This document shows, piece after piece, positions 1 to 9,306 of a stretch of 64,000 bases of DNA. Within the stretch, counting starts at the first letter, position 1. Every line of letters begins with the position of its first letter. The notes under the pieces were generated by a model. It had not been told where the DNA came from. It made no database searches and saw nothing but the letters and a program-made list of their open reading frames with translations. The DNA lies in NCBI GenBank assembly GCA_003566715.1, contig PXCF01000139.1:18275-82274 (forward strand). The letters are read 5' to 3'. Source of the DNA: Cryomorphaceae bacterium (GTDB lineage: Bacteria; Bacteroidota; Bacteroidia; Flavobacteriales; Schleiferiaceae). A program made the position numbers and the translations under genes.

Positions 1-287
1 GTAACGATGCTGCTCAGGTCATTTTGCAAAATGGCAAATACCGCAACGGCGTCAACCTTGTTGGTCTTGTTGTTCAAACTGATTACGGTTTCAAAGGGTG
101 CAATGGCAAAATCCGCATGATCGAGCTCAAGTTTTTTACCCGGTGTGACTTGGTAGTTGTCTTCAGCAGGATTGATGATGCTAAGTTCAATGCCTTGCTG
201 CTCATAAAGCCCCAGTTCTTTGGCGATTAAAAAGCCTATGTGATTGATATTTGGTGTCCAGTCAAGTGCTAAGTGTATGGTTGTCAT
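1..287 (-). CDS. NMT1/THI5-like substrate-binding-fold protein (partial, runs off the window edge)
   Basis: Not in the ORF track. Manual translation from ATG at 287 gives MTTIHLALDWTPNINHIGFLIAKELGFYEQQGIELSII..., the typical LDWxPN-x-H..A...G(F/Y) start of the NMT1/THI5 family. Open to position 1. Confidence 0.85.
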   Translation of the reverse strand, partial: MTTIHLALDWTPNINHIGFLIAKELGLYEQQGIELSIINPAEDNYQVTPGKKLELDHADFAIAPFETVISLNNKTNKVDAVAVFAILQNDLSSIV

Positions 288-515
288 AAAATTGTTTTAG
301 CGTTTTTTAAACAAGCGCATGTCATGCTGCAAATTTTATTCGTGCCCCAAATATAGGCGATACTTGTTGGTTTGAAAACCCTCGGGCGCGTTTGTTGCGC
401 TCTCGTAAACACACCACCAAGCGGTGATCCTTATCCCAAAATCATCACGCAAATTTTTTTCGCTCTTTCCGCTGCATATCCGAACTTTACGCCACTTAAA
501 CGCCCCTTACATTTT

Positions 516-2498
516 ATGAATATTTCCTATAACCGCGAGTTGTTCGATAACGACGAACTAAAACATATTTATCGCACCATTCTCAAACCGAGATTGATTG
601 AAGAAAAAATGCTCATTGCCTTACGCCAAGGGAAAATCTCTAAGTGGTTTTCCGGCTATGGACAAGAGGCCATATCGGTGGGAACGACTTTGGCAATGAA
701 GCCCGAGGAACACATTCTCACCATGCACCGTAACTTGGGGGTATTTACCACGCGTGATATCGATTATTACCGCTTGTTTGCCCAGTTTCAAGGGAAAATG
801 GACGGTTTTACTAAAGGTCGCGATCGCTCGTTTCACTTTGGCAGCAAAGAACACAACATCGTGGGGATGATATCGCACTTAGGGCAGCAATTGGGCGTGG
901 CCGACGGGATTGCGCTGGCGTCTCTTTTGCAAAAAACAAAGCACGCGACGCTGGTATTTACCGGCGATGGAGGTGCCAGTGAAGGTGATTTTCACGAGGC
1001 ACTCAACGTGGCCGCGGTCTGGCAATTGCCGGTGATATTTGTGGTGGAAAATAACCAATGGGGACTATCAACCCCAAGCAATGAGCAGTTCCGATGCGCG
1101 TCTTTCGTAGACAAAGGTGTGGGATACGGCATGCGCTCGGAGAAAATCAACGGTAACAATATTCTCGAGGTAATAGAAGCCACCCGCTCTTGGGCGGAGC
1201 GCATCAGAGAGAAACCGGAACCGGTGTTGCTGGAATGCGTGACATTTAGAATGCGTGGTCACGAAGAAGCCAGTGGGACAAAATACTACCCCGATGGTTT
1301 GATTGATCACTGGGAGGCCTACGATCCTGTCAATAATTACCGAGATTTTTTAATTGAGGAAGGACTGCTTACCGATGATGAGGACGCGCAATTGCGCCAA
1401 GAGATTACCAAAGAAATATCCACAGCTTTACAAGCAGCCATGGACTCTCCCGACGTGGAGTACGATGAGGAGGTAGAAAAGGCAGACGTCTATGCGCCAT
1501 GCGACGCTCCCTTGGTGGAGCCAGGAGAAAAGACGGAAGAAAAGCGCCTCGTTGATGCTATTTCCGATGGTTTGCGCGAGGGGATGACCAAGCACGACAA
1601 TCTCGTGATTATGGGACAGGACATTGCCGAATACGGAGGCGTGTTTAAAATCACCGATGGCTTTGTCAAAGCATTTGGTAAAGACCGCGTACGCAATACC
1701 CCTTTATGTGAATCGGCCATTATCGGTGCCGGACTTGGACTGTCGGTACGCGGGATGAAAAGCGTGATTGAAATGCAATTTGCTGATTTTGTTACCGAGG
1801 GCTTTACGCAAATTGTTAACAATCTTGCAAAAATTCACTACCGCTGGGGACAAAATGCCGATGTGGTGATCCGTATGCCAACAGGCGCCGGGGTACAAGC
1901 CGGACCGTTTCACAGTCAGAGCAATGAGGCGTGGTTTGCCCATACTCCCGGACTGAAAGTGGTGTATCCCGCTTTCCCCGCTGATGCCAAGGGATTGCTT
2001 CTCCGTGCCATTGAAGACCCCAATCCAGTGATGTTTTTTGAACACAAGGGCTTGTACCGTTCGCTGTATGGACAAGTACCGGATGGTTATTACACTCTGC
2101 CATTTGGCGAAGCAGCATTGGTCAATGAAGGTCAAGCGGCCACCATTGTCACCTATGGTTTAGGCGTTCACTGGGCATTGGAATGGCAAAAGCATCACGC
2201 CGATACACAGGTAGATATCATTGACTTACGCACACTCGTGCCTTTGGATGAGGAGACCATTTATGCCTCGGTAAAAAAGACCAATCGCGTTCTTGTGTTG
2301 CACGAAGATTCTACCACGGGTGGTTTTGGTGCGGAAATATCGGCGCGGATATCTCATAACTGTTTCCGCGAACTCGACGCCCCCGTCATTCGCTTAGGCA
2401 GTGAAGATACCCCGGTGCCTTTTTCCGGTATATTGGAAAAAGGATTTTTGGCCAATGCCCGGTTGGAAAAAACGATGGAGGAATTGCTAGCGTTTTAA
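516..2498 (+). CDS. 2-oxoacid (likely branched-chain) dehydrogenase E1, fused alpha/beta subunit
   Basis: TPP motif GDGGASEGDFHE...ENN, FRMRGHEE, then beta-domain GQDIAEYGGVF, RNTPLCE, EMQFADF, GPFHSQ. Start moved to MNISYNR at 516. Confidence 0.93.
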   Translation: MNISYNRELFDNDELKHIYRTILKPRLIEEKMLIALRQGKISKWFSGYGQEAISVGTTLAMKPEEHILTMHRNLGVFTTRDIDYYRLFAQFQGKMDGFTKGRDRSFHFGSKEHNIVGMISHLGQQLGVADGIALASLLQKTKHATLVFTGDGGASEGDFHEALNVAAVWQLPVIFVVENNQWGLSTPSNEQFRCASFVDKGVGYGMRSEKINGNNILEVIEATRSWAERIREKPEPVLLECVTFRMRGHEEASGTKYYPDGLIDHWEAYDPVNNYRDFLIEEGLLTDDEDAQLRQEITKEISTALQAAMDSPDVEYDEEVEKADVYAPCDAPLVEPGEKTEEKRLVDAISDGLREGMTKHDNLVIMGQDIAEYGGVFKITDGFVKAFGKDRVRNTPLCESAIIGAGLGLSVRGMKSVIEMQFADFVTEGFTQIVNNLAKIHYRWGQNADVVIRMPTGAGVQAGPFHSQSNEAWFAHTPGLKVVYPAFPADAKGLLLRAIEDPNPVMFFEHKGLYRSLYGQVPDGYYTLPFGEAALVNEGQAATIVTYGLGVHWALEWQKHHADTQVDIIDLRTLVPLDEETIYASVKKTNRVLVLHEDSTTGGFGAEISARISHNCFRELDAPVIRLGSEDTPVPFSGILEKGFLANARLEKTMEELLAF

Positions 2499-2557
2499 AC
2501 CTTCAATTTCTAACTATAAAAAAACGCATAGGCTATAGAGTTCGAGACCAAGGCTTA

Positions 2558-3307
2558 TTATATTGAAAACAGCCAGGCTACACCAATAGCAACAATTACC
2601 GACACAATCTTCACCAAATTAAATCGGTGATCTTCGCTGGCCTCAAACAGAATGGTGGTAGAGATGTGCAGGAATATGCCCGCCACAAACGCTGTGGCGT
2701 ACATGTTGATTTGGTAGATGTCTGGTAAAAACTGTCCGGTAAACATACCCAGTGGCGCCATGATGGCAAACAACAGCAGCAAGCCGTAGGTGATGGGGAG
2801 GGATAGTTTGCGCTCTCTCAATAGCGAAAATAAAACCACGCCAACGGGGATGTGGTGAAGGGCAATGCCCCAGAAGAGTTTGTTACTGATTTCCGGAACG
2901 TGTAGTTGCGTGCCAATAGGGATACTCTCAATAAATGCGTGTAGGCATAAACTGAGCATGGCGGCAAGCGGTATGTTGTGACGTGGTCGTTTGAGTTCGC
3001 GATGGGCGTGACCATGTTCTACTCCGTGAGATATCATTTCCAAGATCACTTGAAACAAGAATCCCAGCATGACCAGAAGGCCGGGTAGGGGATTGTGCTG
3101 GTGACCGTGTGCGTGTGCGTGTGCGTGATCGTGCGGTTGATGCGCGAAAATTTCCGGCAATAGGTGCATCATGGCCAGTGCCAGTAAGTAGGCACCACTG
3201 AAGGCCAATAATATTTTTAGTCTCGACGGATTACCGTGTCTAAACCAATTGGCGATAATTGCGCCTACCATTACGGAGGCGATGAGAATGATGGTTTTAA
3301 AGATCAT
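2558..3307 (-). CDS. ZIP family metal transporter
   Basis: Multi-TM protein with HLLPE, LHAFIES and ALHHIP motifs and His-rich loops. Confidence 0.88.
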   Translation of the reverse strand: MIFKTIILIASVMVGAIIANWFRHGNPSRLKILLAFSGAYLLALAMMHLLPEIFAHQPHDHAHAHAHGHQHNPLPGLLVMLGFLFQVILEMISHGVEHGHAHRELKRPRHNIPLAAMLSLCLHAFIESIPIGTQLHVPEISNKLFWGIALHHIPVGVVLFSLLRERKLSLPITYGLLLLFAIMAPLGMFTGQFLPDIYQINMYATAFVAGIFLHISTTILFEASEDHRFNLVKIVSVIVAIGVAWLFSI

Positions 3308-4035
3308 TTACGAGCAAGGGTAATGTAGCGCTTTGAGCTACTTATATTTAATGTGGAAAGTTGATAGTCGCCCCATTCACGTTCAATGGTAAATCCGGAA
3401 GATTTAAGCATCTCTCGGAATGTTTCCGGATAAATGAGTTTTACTTTTTCATGAAATGTATGAATATTGTCTTGGTCTTCCACGCGAATGGTTTTAATCA
3501 CGTACTCACCTTCAATTCGTCGTTGAATGTCAAACTGTACATTGTCGATGACTTTGGTTTCCGGGTTGGTGTTGATGTGGGAAAGAGTCTTGGGATTGAG
3601 GTAGTCAAAGAGAAAGCAGCCGTTGGGGGTCAATGCCTTGTGGATATTGTCGAATACCTGTTGATTTTCATTTTGGGTATTGAAATAGCCAAAACTGGTG
3701 AAGAGGTTAACCACAGCGTCGTATTTTTCTGAGCCTAGGTCATCGCGCATATCGCCTTGAACAAACGATAGTCCTTCACGAGCGAAGTGTTTATTAGCAA
3801 ATGCAATGTTTTCTGCCGAGAGGTCGAGGCCGGTAACATTGTAACCATTATCGGCTAGTTGAACTGCGTGCCGTCCTCTACCACAGGCGAGATCAAGTAT
3901 GTGGCTGTTGTGAGGGAGTGGATGTTTTTTTAACCATTGGTCTATAAACGATCCGGCCTCATTGAGGTCTCGATGTCGGTAGAGTAGGTGGTAATAAGGT
4001 GTGTTGAACCAAGTGGCAAACCATTCTTTATTCAT
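3304..4035 (-). CDS. Class I SAM-dependent methyltransferase
   Basis: LDLACGRGRH SAM motif, GLDLS, GDMR, NLFTSFGYF. Start taken as MNKEWF at 4035. Confidence 0.9.
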   Translation of the reverse strand: MNKEWFATWFNTPYYHLLYRHRDLNEAGSFIDQWLKKHPLPHNSHILDLACGRGRHAVQLADNGYNVTGLDLSAENIAFANKHFAREGLSFVQGDMRDDLGSEKYDAVVNLFTSFGYFNTQNENQQVFDNIHKALTPNGCFLFDYLNPKTLSHINTNPETKVIDNVQFDIQRRIEGEYVIKTIRVEDQDNIHTFHEKVKLIYPETFREMLKSSGFTIEREWGDYQLSTLNISSSKRYITLARK

Positions 4036-4039
4036 GCGG

Positions 4040-4047
4040 CAAAAATA
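4040..4047 (-). promoter_or_regulatory. Bacteroidota -7 promoter box (TATTTTTG), 4 nt before ATG
   Basis: Minus strand reads TATTTTTG-CCGC-ATG, matching the TAnnTTTG consensus. Confidence 0.6.
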
Positions 4048-4084
4048 ACACAATAAAGAGTGATTGACGCGGTGAAATGCAACT

Positions 4085-5410
4085 TTATTGCAATATCGTT
4101 ACACCAAGTGTAAACATGGTACGGTTGCGCTCGTTCATAAATGGCGTTGGTATAAGGCCTTGATCGAAGACAAACTCTCCAGTTGTACTTTGGAAGTTGA
4201 CCAAGCTCATGTTGATGCCAAATTTTTTGGTTTGGTAGCCAATGCCTCCATGAATTCCGGTTACGTTGGTAGCGTTGAAGCGCTCGCTGTATCCACTGGT
4301 GGTTAAAGAGTAGCCGCCACGAAGGAAAAAGCTGCCAAGGCGAATTTCTGTTCCGGCTCGGAGGTGGGGCATAGGCGTCAAGTCATTTCTGATGTCTTCA
4401 CGTAGATTGTCTTTTATTGATTGCTCCATATCTCGTCCTCCATAACGTGAGGTTCTTGGGTCAACAAAGTCGTAATCGATGCTAATAAAGCCAAACTTGT
4501 TAAATACATAGGCCATACCGGCGTTTAAGCGAGCGGCATTATATGCTGTATAGCGGTAGTTTGGATTAAAGCCTCTTTCTTCTTCTAACTCTTCGAAAAT
4601 CCCTCCATCTCGATAAATAAAATCAAATTCACCGTTAAAGGAATGTGCAGTTGGTGTTTGTGCGGAAACACCAATTCTAAGTGCCGGTATAGGACGATAA
4701 ATAACGCCAGCACGCGCGTTGATGCCAACGCCAGAAACATCAATCCCTTCAGCATATTCTACAAACCCTTGCTCAACTTCATTTACATCGCTAACGGACT
4801 GGTCATTGAAATAATTTTGTCTAAAGGTGGTAAACGGAACACCGATGCCAAAGCCATAATACCATTTATGACCTTCGTTAAAGCCAAAGGTTAGACCCAA
4901 TTCATGTTGTGTGCCAATGATCTCTCTACTTACTGAATCATTGTAAAAATCACCGGGCTCAAATATGTCGCCTTCCGGGTTCATTACAAAACCACGGCCG
5001 TTATAGCTCTCTCTAAAAGATGCGGTTTGATTAAACGTCAACGCAAATACCGAACTGCGGTTGCGTTCTTCGTTCATCATCCACGTTTTTCCAAAGTTGG
5101 TGATGGTGACACCTGCTTCATTGTTGTCGCCAATACGTTGGCCGTTAAAGCTTGTGGCATTGTTATGCGAAAATATGCCGAAGTGCACATCTACTTGCTC
5201 ACGGCGAAAAACCCCGACACCGGCCGGATTGATGTGAATGGAGGAGAAGTCATTGCCCAAGGCCGAAAAGGCTCCTCCTACGCCTGCGCTGCGTGCTGTG
5301 CCTAGATTTTGATGGCGATTCAAATGATGCATCTCCATGGCCGTTTGCCCCTTAAGTGTCATGGATTCAAACAAAAACAGGGCAATACCGATAAAGAAAT
5401 TTCTGCTCAT
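4085..5410 (-). CDS. OmpP1/FadL-family outer membrane beta-barrel
   Basis: Signal peptide, GTARSAGVGGAFSALG..D...I..NPAG N-terminal signature of FadL-like barrels, amphipathic beta strands. Confidence 0.85.
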   Translation of the reverse strand: MSRNFFIGIALFLFESMTLKGQTAMEMHHLNRHQNLGTARSAGVGGAFSALGNDFSSIHINPAGVGVFRREQVDVHFGIFSHNNATSFNGQRIGDNNEAGVTITNFGKTWMMNEERNRSSVFALTFNQTASFRESYNGRGFVMNPEGDIFEPGDFYNDSVSREIIGTQHELGLTFGFNEGHKWYYGFGIGVPFTTFRQNYFNDQSVSDVNEVEQGFVEYAEGIDVSGVGINARAGVIYRPIPALRIGVSAQTPTAHSFNGEFDFIYRDGGIFEELEEERGFNPNYRYTAYNAARLNAGMAYVFNKFGFISIDYDFVDPRTSRYGGRDMEQSIKDNLREDIRNDLTPMPHLRAGTEIRLGSFFLRGGYSLTTSGYSERFNATNVTGIHGGIGYQTKKFGINMSLVNFQSTTGEFVFDQGLIPTPFMNERNRTMFTLGVTILQ

Positions 5411-5429
5411 ATTGGTTGTTGTAGAAGAT

Positions 5430-5466
5430 AAAAAAAAGCATTCCTCACATCTTAAGAGGAATGCTT
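5430..5466 (-). terminator. Rho-independent terminator after the low-complexity lipoprotein gene
   Basis: Stem AAGCATTCCTC / GAGGAATGCTT with an A-run on + (U-tail on -). Confidence 0.75.
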
Positions 5467-5477
5467 ACATACTCAAT

Positions 5478-6827
5478 TTATCGGCGTCCACCGCCGCGTG
5501 AAGGTGCAGATCTTACGCCACCACCGCTGCTGCGTGAAGGTGCAGAGCGCATGCTGCCACCACTGCTACGTGAAGGTGTGGAGCGGAAGCTTCCACCTCT
5601 TGAGGGAGTAGAGCGGCTTGGGCTAACACTTCTCGAAGGAGAAACACCTCTGCTTGGCATGCTGCGTGAAGGCGCAGTTCTGGCGGGGGGGCTGTAGTTG
5701 CTTCTCGATGGCGCACGTTGCATAGTCCCACGTGCAGGAGAAGTGTTTGAGCGTGCAGGTGCAGCGCGTCTAGAGCTGGGCGCAACGGAGCGTGAAGGTG
5801 TGGTTGCTCTTTGGTTTGCCGCACCGGGCGTTGTACGTGCCCCACCAGTACGTGCAGCAGGTTGCGTAGTTCTTGAAGGCGCGTGCATAAAATTGCTTCT
5901 TGAAGAAGCGGCACTGCGCTGCGATACGTTTGAACGGGCCAAGTCAGAATAGTTGGTGGCACGGTTAAACGAAGATCCTCTGGTAGCCGCTGTAGAGCGA
6001 TTGCTTGTCGTATTGCGCAAACTGCTAATTCCTTCGGTAGATGATCCTGCTGTACGTGCAGTTGAGCGCGAAGACTGAGCAACTCTGTTGCCTCCTGTAG
6101 CTGTAGAAGTACGCGTGTTGGCAGAAGCTCGGTCGCGAGCGATGGAAGTTGAACGAGGAGCGGTGTTTATCGTTCTGCGATTAACACCACCGGGCATGGT
6201 TCCGTATCCAGAACCTCCGGGACGCGTTCCCGCAAAGCTTGAGCGACGATTTGGGGCATAGTCGTATCCGGCACCCCACATGGCGCCATGACGGAAGCCG
6301 GCGTTATAGCTGTGCCAGCCCATACCCATACCCATACCCATGCCCCAAGGGCGCATCATGAATGGATCGTAGAAAAAGGGATCGTACATGGCCATCGGGT
6401 GCATCCCCCAAGGGTGCATCATGCCCCAAGGACGCATACCCATACCCATGCCCCATCCCATGCCCATGCCATAGCCCATGCCAAAGCTCCATCCGGGCTG
6501 CATGCCCCAACCCATTCCGGGGTGCATACCCATTCCCATTCCCATACCACCGTAGTAGTTATTTACGACCGCACCACCACCGGCAGCGCTACCACCTCTA
6601 GAGTCACGAGATTTTTCGCGAAAATCTGGGTCGTAGTAATCGTCGTAAATTTCACTTTGTTCGCCCGTATTATCGGCCTGCATAGAATTGGTCGCGCCAA
6701 CAGAAGGAGCCATGTAGCCGGGATTAAAATATATTCCATCGTCGTAGTGATTGGAAACAATGTCGCTTTTTGAACGACATCCAATCAAAACGATTCCTAA
6801 CATCATTATGGTCATCAATTTTTTCAT
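5478..6827 (-). CDS. Low-complexity lipoprotein, hypothetical, divergent from proS
   Basis: [17 protein letters not shown] lipobox, YDDGIY motif, Gly/Met/Trp/Pro-rich middle and Arg/Ser/Gly-rich tail. Start moved to 6827. Confidence 0.8.
   Translation of the reverse strand: MKKLMTIMMLGIVLIGCRSKSDIVSNHYDDGIYFNPGYMAPSVGATNSMQADNTGEQSEIYDDYYDPDFREKSRDSRGGSAAGGGAVVNNYYGGMGMGMGMHPGMGWGMQPGWSFGMGYGMGMGWGMGMGMRPWGMMHPWGMHPMAMYDPFFYDPFMMRPWGMGMGMGMGWHSYNAGFRHGAMWGAGYDYAPNRRSSFAGTRPGGSGYGTMPGGVNRRTINTAPRSTSIARDRASANTRTSTATGGNRVAQSSRSTARTAGSSTEGISSLRNTTSNRSTAATRGSSFNRATNYSDLARSNVSQRSAASSRSNFMHAPSRTTQPAARTGGARTTPGAANQRATTPSRSVAPSSRRAAPARSNTSPARGTMQRAPSRSNYSPPARTAPSRSMPSRGVSPSRSVSPSRSTPSRGGSFRSTPSRSSGGSMRSAPSRSSGGGVRSAPSRGGGRR
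5497..5604. repeat. In-frame 36-bp tandem repeat (about 3 copies) encoding RS(A/T)PSRSSGG units
   Basis: CGTGAAGGTG recurs at 5497, 5533 and 5569. Confidence 0.75.
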
Positions 6828-6857
6828 CACTTGGGCATTTAAAAGGGTTGTTTCTCG

Positions 6858-6865
6858 TAGCTTTG
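6858..6865 (+). promoter_or_regulatory. -7 promoter box (TAGCTTTG) for proS
   Basis: TAnnTTTG consensus about 45 nt upstream of the ATG at 6910. Confidence 0.55.
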
Positions 6866-6909
6866 CACTACGATTAATAAACTTCAAATTTCATACCAAT
6901 AAACCTCAT

Positions 6910-8385
6910 ATGGCTAAAGTTCTTGCAAGCAAAGATAGTGATTACGCGCAATGGTACAATGATTTAGTAATAAAAGCTGATCTGGCCGAAAACAGTGCGG
7001 TTCGTGGCAGTATGGTTATCAAACCATACGGTTATGCCATTTGGGAAAAAATGCAGGCTGAGTTAGATAGAATGTTCAAGGAAACCGGACATGTCAACGC
7101 CTATTTTCCACTTTTTATTCCCAAATCATTTTTTAGTAAAGAAGCCAGTCACGTAGAGGGTTTCGCCAAAGAGTGCGCGGTTGTTACCCACTATCGACTT
7201 AAAAACGACCCCAACGGAAAAGGCGTAATCGTAGACCCGGACGCCAAGCTGGAAGAAGAATTGATTGTTCGTCCTACGTCGGAAACCGTTATTTGGGATA
7301 CCTATCGCAAGTGGATACAGTCTTACCGTGATTTACCGATAAAGATTAACCAATGGGCCAATGTGGTGCGTTGGGAAATGCGAACCCGTTTGTTTTTGCG
7401 TACCGCAGAGTTTCTTTGGCAAGAAGGTCATACGGCACATGCCAGCAAGCAAGAAGCGATAGAAGAGGCAGAAACCATGCTGAATGTTTACGCTACCTTT
7501 TTAGAAAACTTCATGGCCATTCCGGTTCTGAAAGGCATTAAAACCGAATCCGAGCGTTTTGCTGGTGCGGTTGAAACTTACTGTGTTGAAGCGTTGATGC
7601 AAGACGGAAAGGCGCTTCAAGCCGGTACCTCGCATTTTTTAGGACAAAATTTTGCCAAGGCGTTTGATGTAACGTTCGCCACAAAAGAAGGTACCAATGA
7701 GTTGGTATGGGCTACTTCATGGGGCGTTTCTACCCGCTTGATTGGCGCACTCATCATGACGCACAGTGACAACAACGGCTTGGTTTTGCCTCCAAAATTG
7801 GCGCCACACCAGGTGGTTATCGTACCCATTTATCGCAAAGATGAAGAGTTTGAAAAGGTCGATGCCGCTGCGAAAGACATTGTACAGAAACTTAGAGCGG
7901 CAGGTATTTCGGTGCATTACGACAACCGAGATACCCATAAACCCGGATGGAAATTCAATGAATATGAATTGAAAGGGGTCCCGGTACGTATCGCCATTGG
8001 TCCGCGAGATTTGGAAAAGCAACAGGTAGAACTGGCGCGGCGTGATACCTTGGAGAAGTCTTTTCAGCCAATGGAAGGATTAACCGGAGTTATTGCCGAC
8101 ATACTCGAGCAAATGCAAACCAGTCTTCTGGAGCGTGCCCGTAAGCGCACCCAAGACGGAACTTATGCTGTTGATACGTGGGAAGAATTTACCGAAGCCG
8201 TTAAAAATCGCGGAGGGTTTATCAAGGCCCACTGGGATGGCACGGCAGAAACCGAGCGCATCATCAAGGAAAAAACTAAGGCCACCATTCGCTGCATCGA
8301 ATTAGATGCACCGGAGGAAGAAGGGGTATGTGTATTCAGCGGCAAGCCTTCCAAAAGAAGAGTCGTGTTTGCAAAGGCCTATTAG
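6910..8385 (+). CDS. proS: Proline--tRNA ligase (archaeal/eukaryotic type)
   Basis: [59 protein letters not shown], ends FAKAY. Start MAKVL at 6910. Confidence 0.97.
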   Translation: MAKVLASKDSDYAQWYNDLVIKADLAENSAVRGSMVIKPYGYAIWEKMQAELDRMFKETGHVNAYFPLFIPKSFFSKEASHVEGFAKECAVVTHYRLKNDPNGKGVIVDPDAKLEEELIVRPTSETVIWDTYRKWIQSYRDLPIKINQWANVVRWEMRTRLFLRTAEFLWQEGHTAHASKQEAIEEAETMLNVYATFLENFMAIPVLKGIKTESERFAGAVETYCVEALMQDGKALQAGTSHFLGQNFAKAFDVTFATKEGTNELVWATSWGVSTRLIGALIMTHSDNNGLVLPPKLAPHQVVIVPIYRKDEEFEKVDAAAKDIVQKLRAAGISVHYDNRDTHKPGWKFNEYELKGVPVRIAIGPRDLEKQQVELARRDTLEKSFQPMEGLTGVIADILEQMQTSLLERARKRTQDGTYAVDTWEEFTEAVKNRGGFIKAHWDGTAETERIIKEKTKATIRCIELDAPEEEGVCVFSGKPSKRRVVFAKAY

Positions 8386-8390
8386 GCCTC

Positions 8391-8418
8391 ATAGAGACGC
8401 AAAATGTCGTGTCTCTAC
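8391..8418. repeat. REP-like palindrome (GTAG type) after the proS stop
   Basis: ATAGAGACGC-AAAATGTC-GTGTCTCTAC, same family as copies at 32385 and 32445. Confidence 0.65.
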
Positions 8419-8457
8419 GGTTGACCATTTTAACAATCATAAAAAAACACCGTTGCC

Positions 8458-9129
8458 ATGTCTGAAAATATTTCCTGTAACATCGATCTATACCGTTTAC
8501 TGACCAAAAAATCAGCCGCTAAGGTGGAGGTTTTTAATCACATAAAAACGGTGATGAGCCTTTGGAAGGAGGTGTTGGAAGAATTGGCCGGTGAACTGTC
8601 AACCAATGTTTGTGGCGAAAATGAAGACATCGTTATCGAATATTTAGACGTGTCAACATTTGAGGCTAAGTTAAGAGCCTCTGGGGATATATTGTTTTCT
8701 TACGTGCATACCAATGTCTTTGCTTTGGACGAAAGTCACTATTTACACCAGCACTCATATTTAAAAAAAAATGAACTAGAGGGCTACTTTGGTACGTTGA
8801 ATCTCTATTATTTCTTGGGCGATTCCATTAAATACAACCGCTTGAACGACAACGGTATTTTGATCGCTCGGGTGATGGTCAATAAGTCAGGTCTGTTCTT
8901 TGTTGAAGGCATTCGCGCCTTCGGAGAATTCGATCGATTTGATCATAAACGCCCATTGACCCGTGAGCGAATGAAAGTTTTGGCTGAGATGGCGTTAAAA
9001 CACATGCTCGACATCGACTTGACCTTGCCGCCCCGACAGCATGCACAGTTGTTAAGTGTTGGCGACATCCAGTCTTTGAGGCAGGAGTTGAGGTTTAATA
9101 CAACGCAGAGATTGGGATTTAGGAAGTAG
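8458..9129 (+). CDS. Hypothetical protein, probably conserved in Bacteroidota
   Basis: 223-aa soluble-looking ORF with HTNVF, DSIKYNRLND.G.LIAR and FFVEG blocks. No function recognised. Confidence 0.75.
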   Translation: MSENISCNIDLYRLLTKKSAAKVEVFNHIKTVMSLWKEVLEELAGELSTNVCGENEDIVIEYLDVSTFEAKLRASGDILFSYVHTNVFALDESHYLHQHSYLKKNELEGYFGTLNLYYFLGDSIKYNRLNDNGILIARVMVNKSGLFFVEGIRAFGEFDRFDHKRPLTRERMKVLAEMALKHMLDIDLTLPPRQHAQLLSVGDIQSLRQELRFNTTQRLGFRK

Positions 9130-9213
9130 GGGGATGGGGCGCTACGCGCGCTTTGATAGCGGTGAGCAGTGAGCCGTTCATAAACCCGTAGCCAAAATCA
9201 GAATAAAAGCCCA

Positions 9214-9241
9214 CTCAAAACTCATCACTCAAAACTCATAA
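9214..9241. repeat. Heptamer tandem repeat CTCA(AAA/TCA/TAA) x4 in a convergent intergenic gap
   Basis: ctcaaaa ctcatca ctcaaaa ctcataa. Confidence 0.6.
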
Positions 9242-9306
9242 CCAAATCAGTGGCATGTACAAAAAACGAAAAACGCTTGTGCCATCGACAAATCATCAAT
9301 CAAAAA

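Noticed and set aside
24..230. 68-aa + strand ORF in the track
   Set aside because: It is the antisense shadow of the real minus-strand THI5-like gene.
288..515. Possible TPP riboswitch upstream of the THI5-like gene
   Set aside because: No CTGAGA or other TPP core elements were seen on the minus strand.
3106..3127. (CGTGTG)n microsatellite in the ZIP gene as a phase-variation site
   Set aside because: The 6-bp unit is in frame and only encodes the His-Ala metal-binding loop.
5461..6784. Several overlapping ORFs, including a His-rich 161-aa one, and a possible CRISPR-like 36-bp periodicity
   Set aside because: They are by-products of the low-complexity lipoprotein coding sequence; the repeats are contiguous and in frame, with no unique spacers and no cas genes.
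8763..8771. A9 homopolymer inside the hypothetical gene
   Set aside because: The frame is intact and A-runs are common in this sequence.
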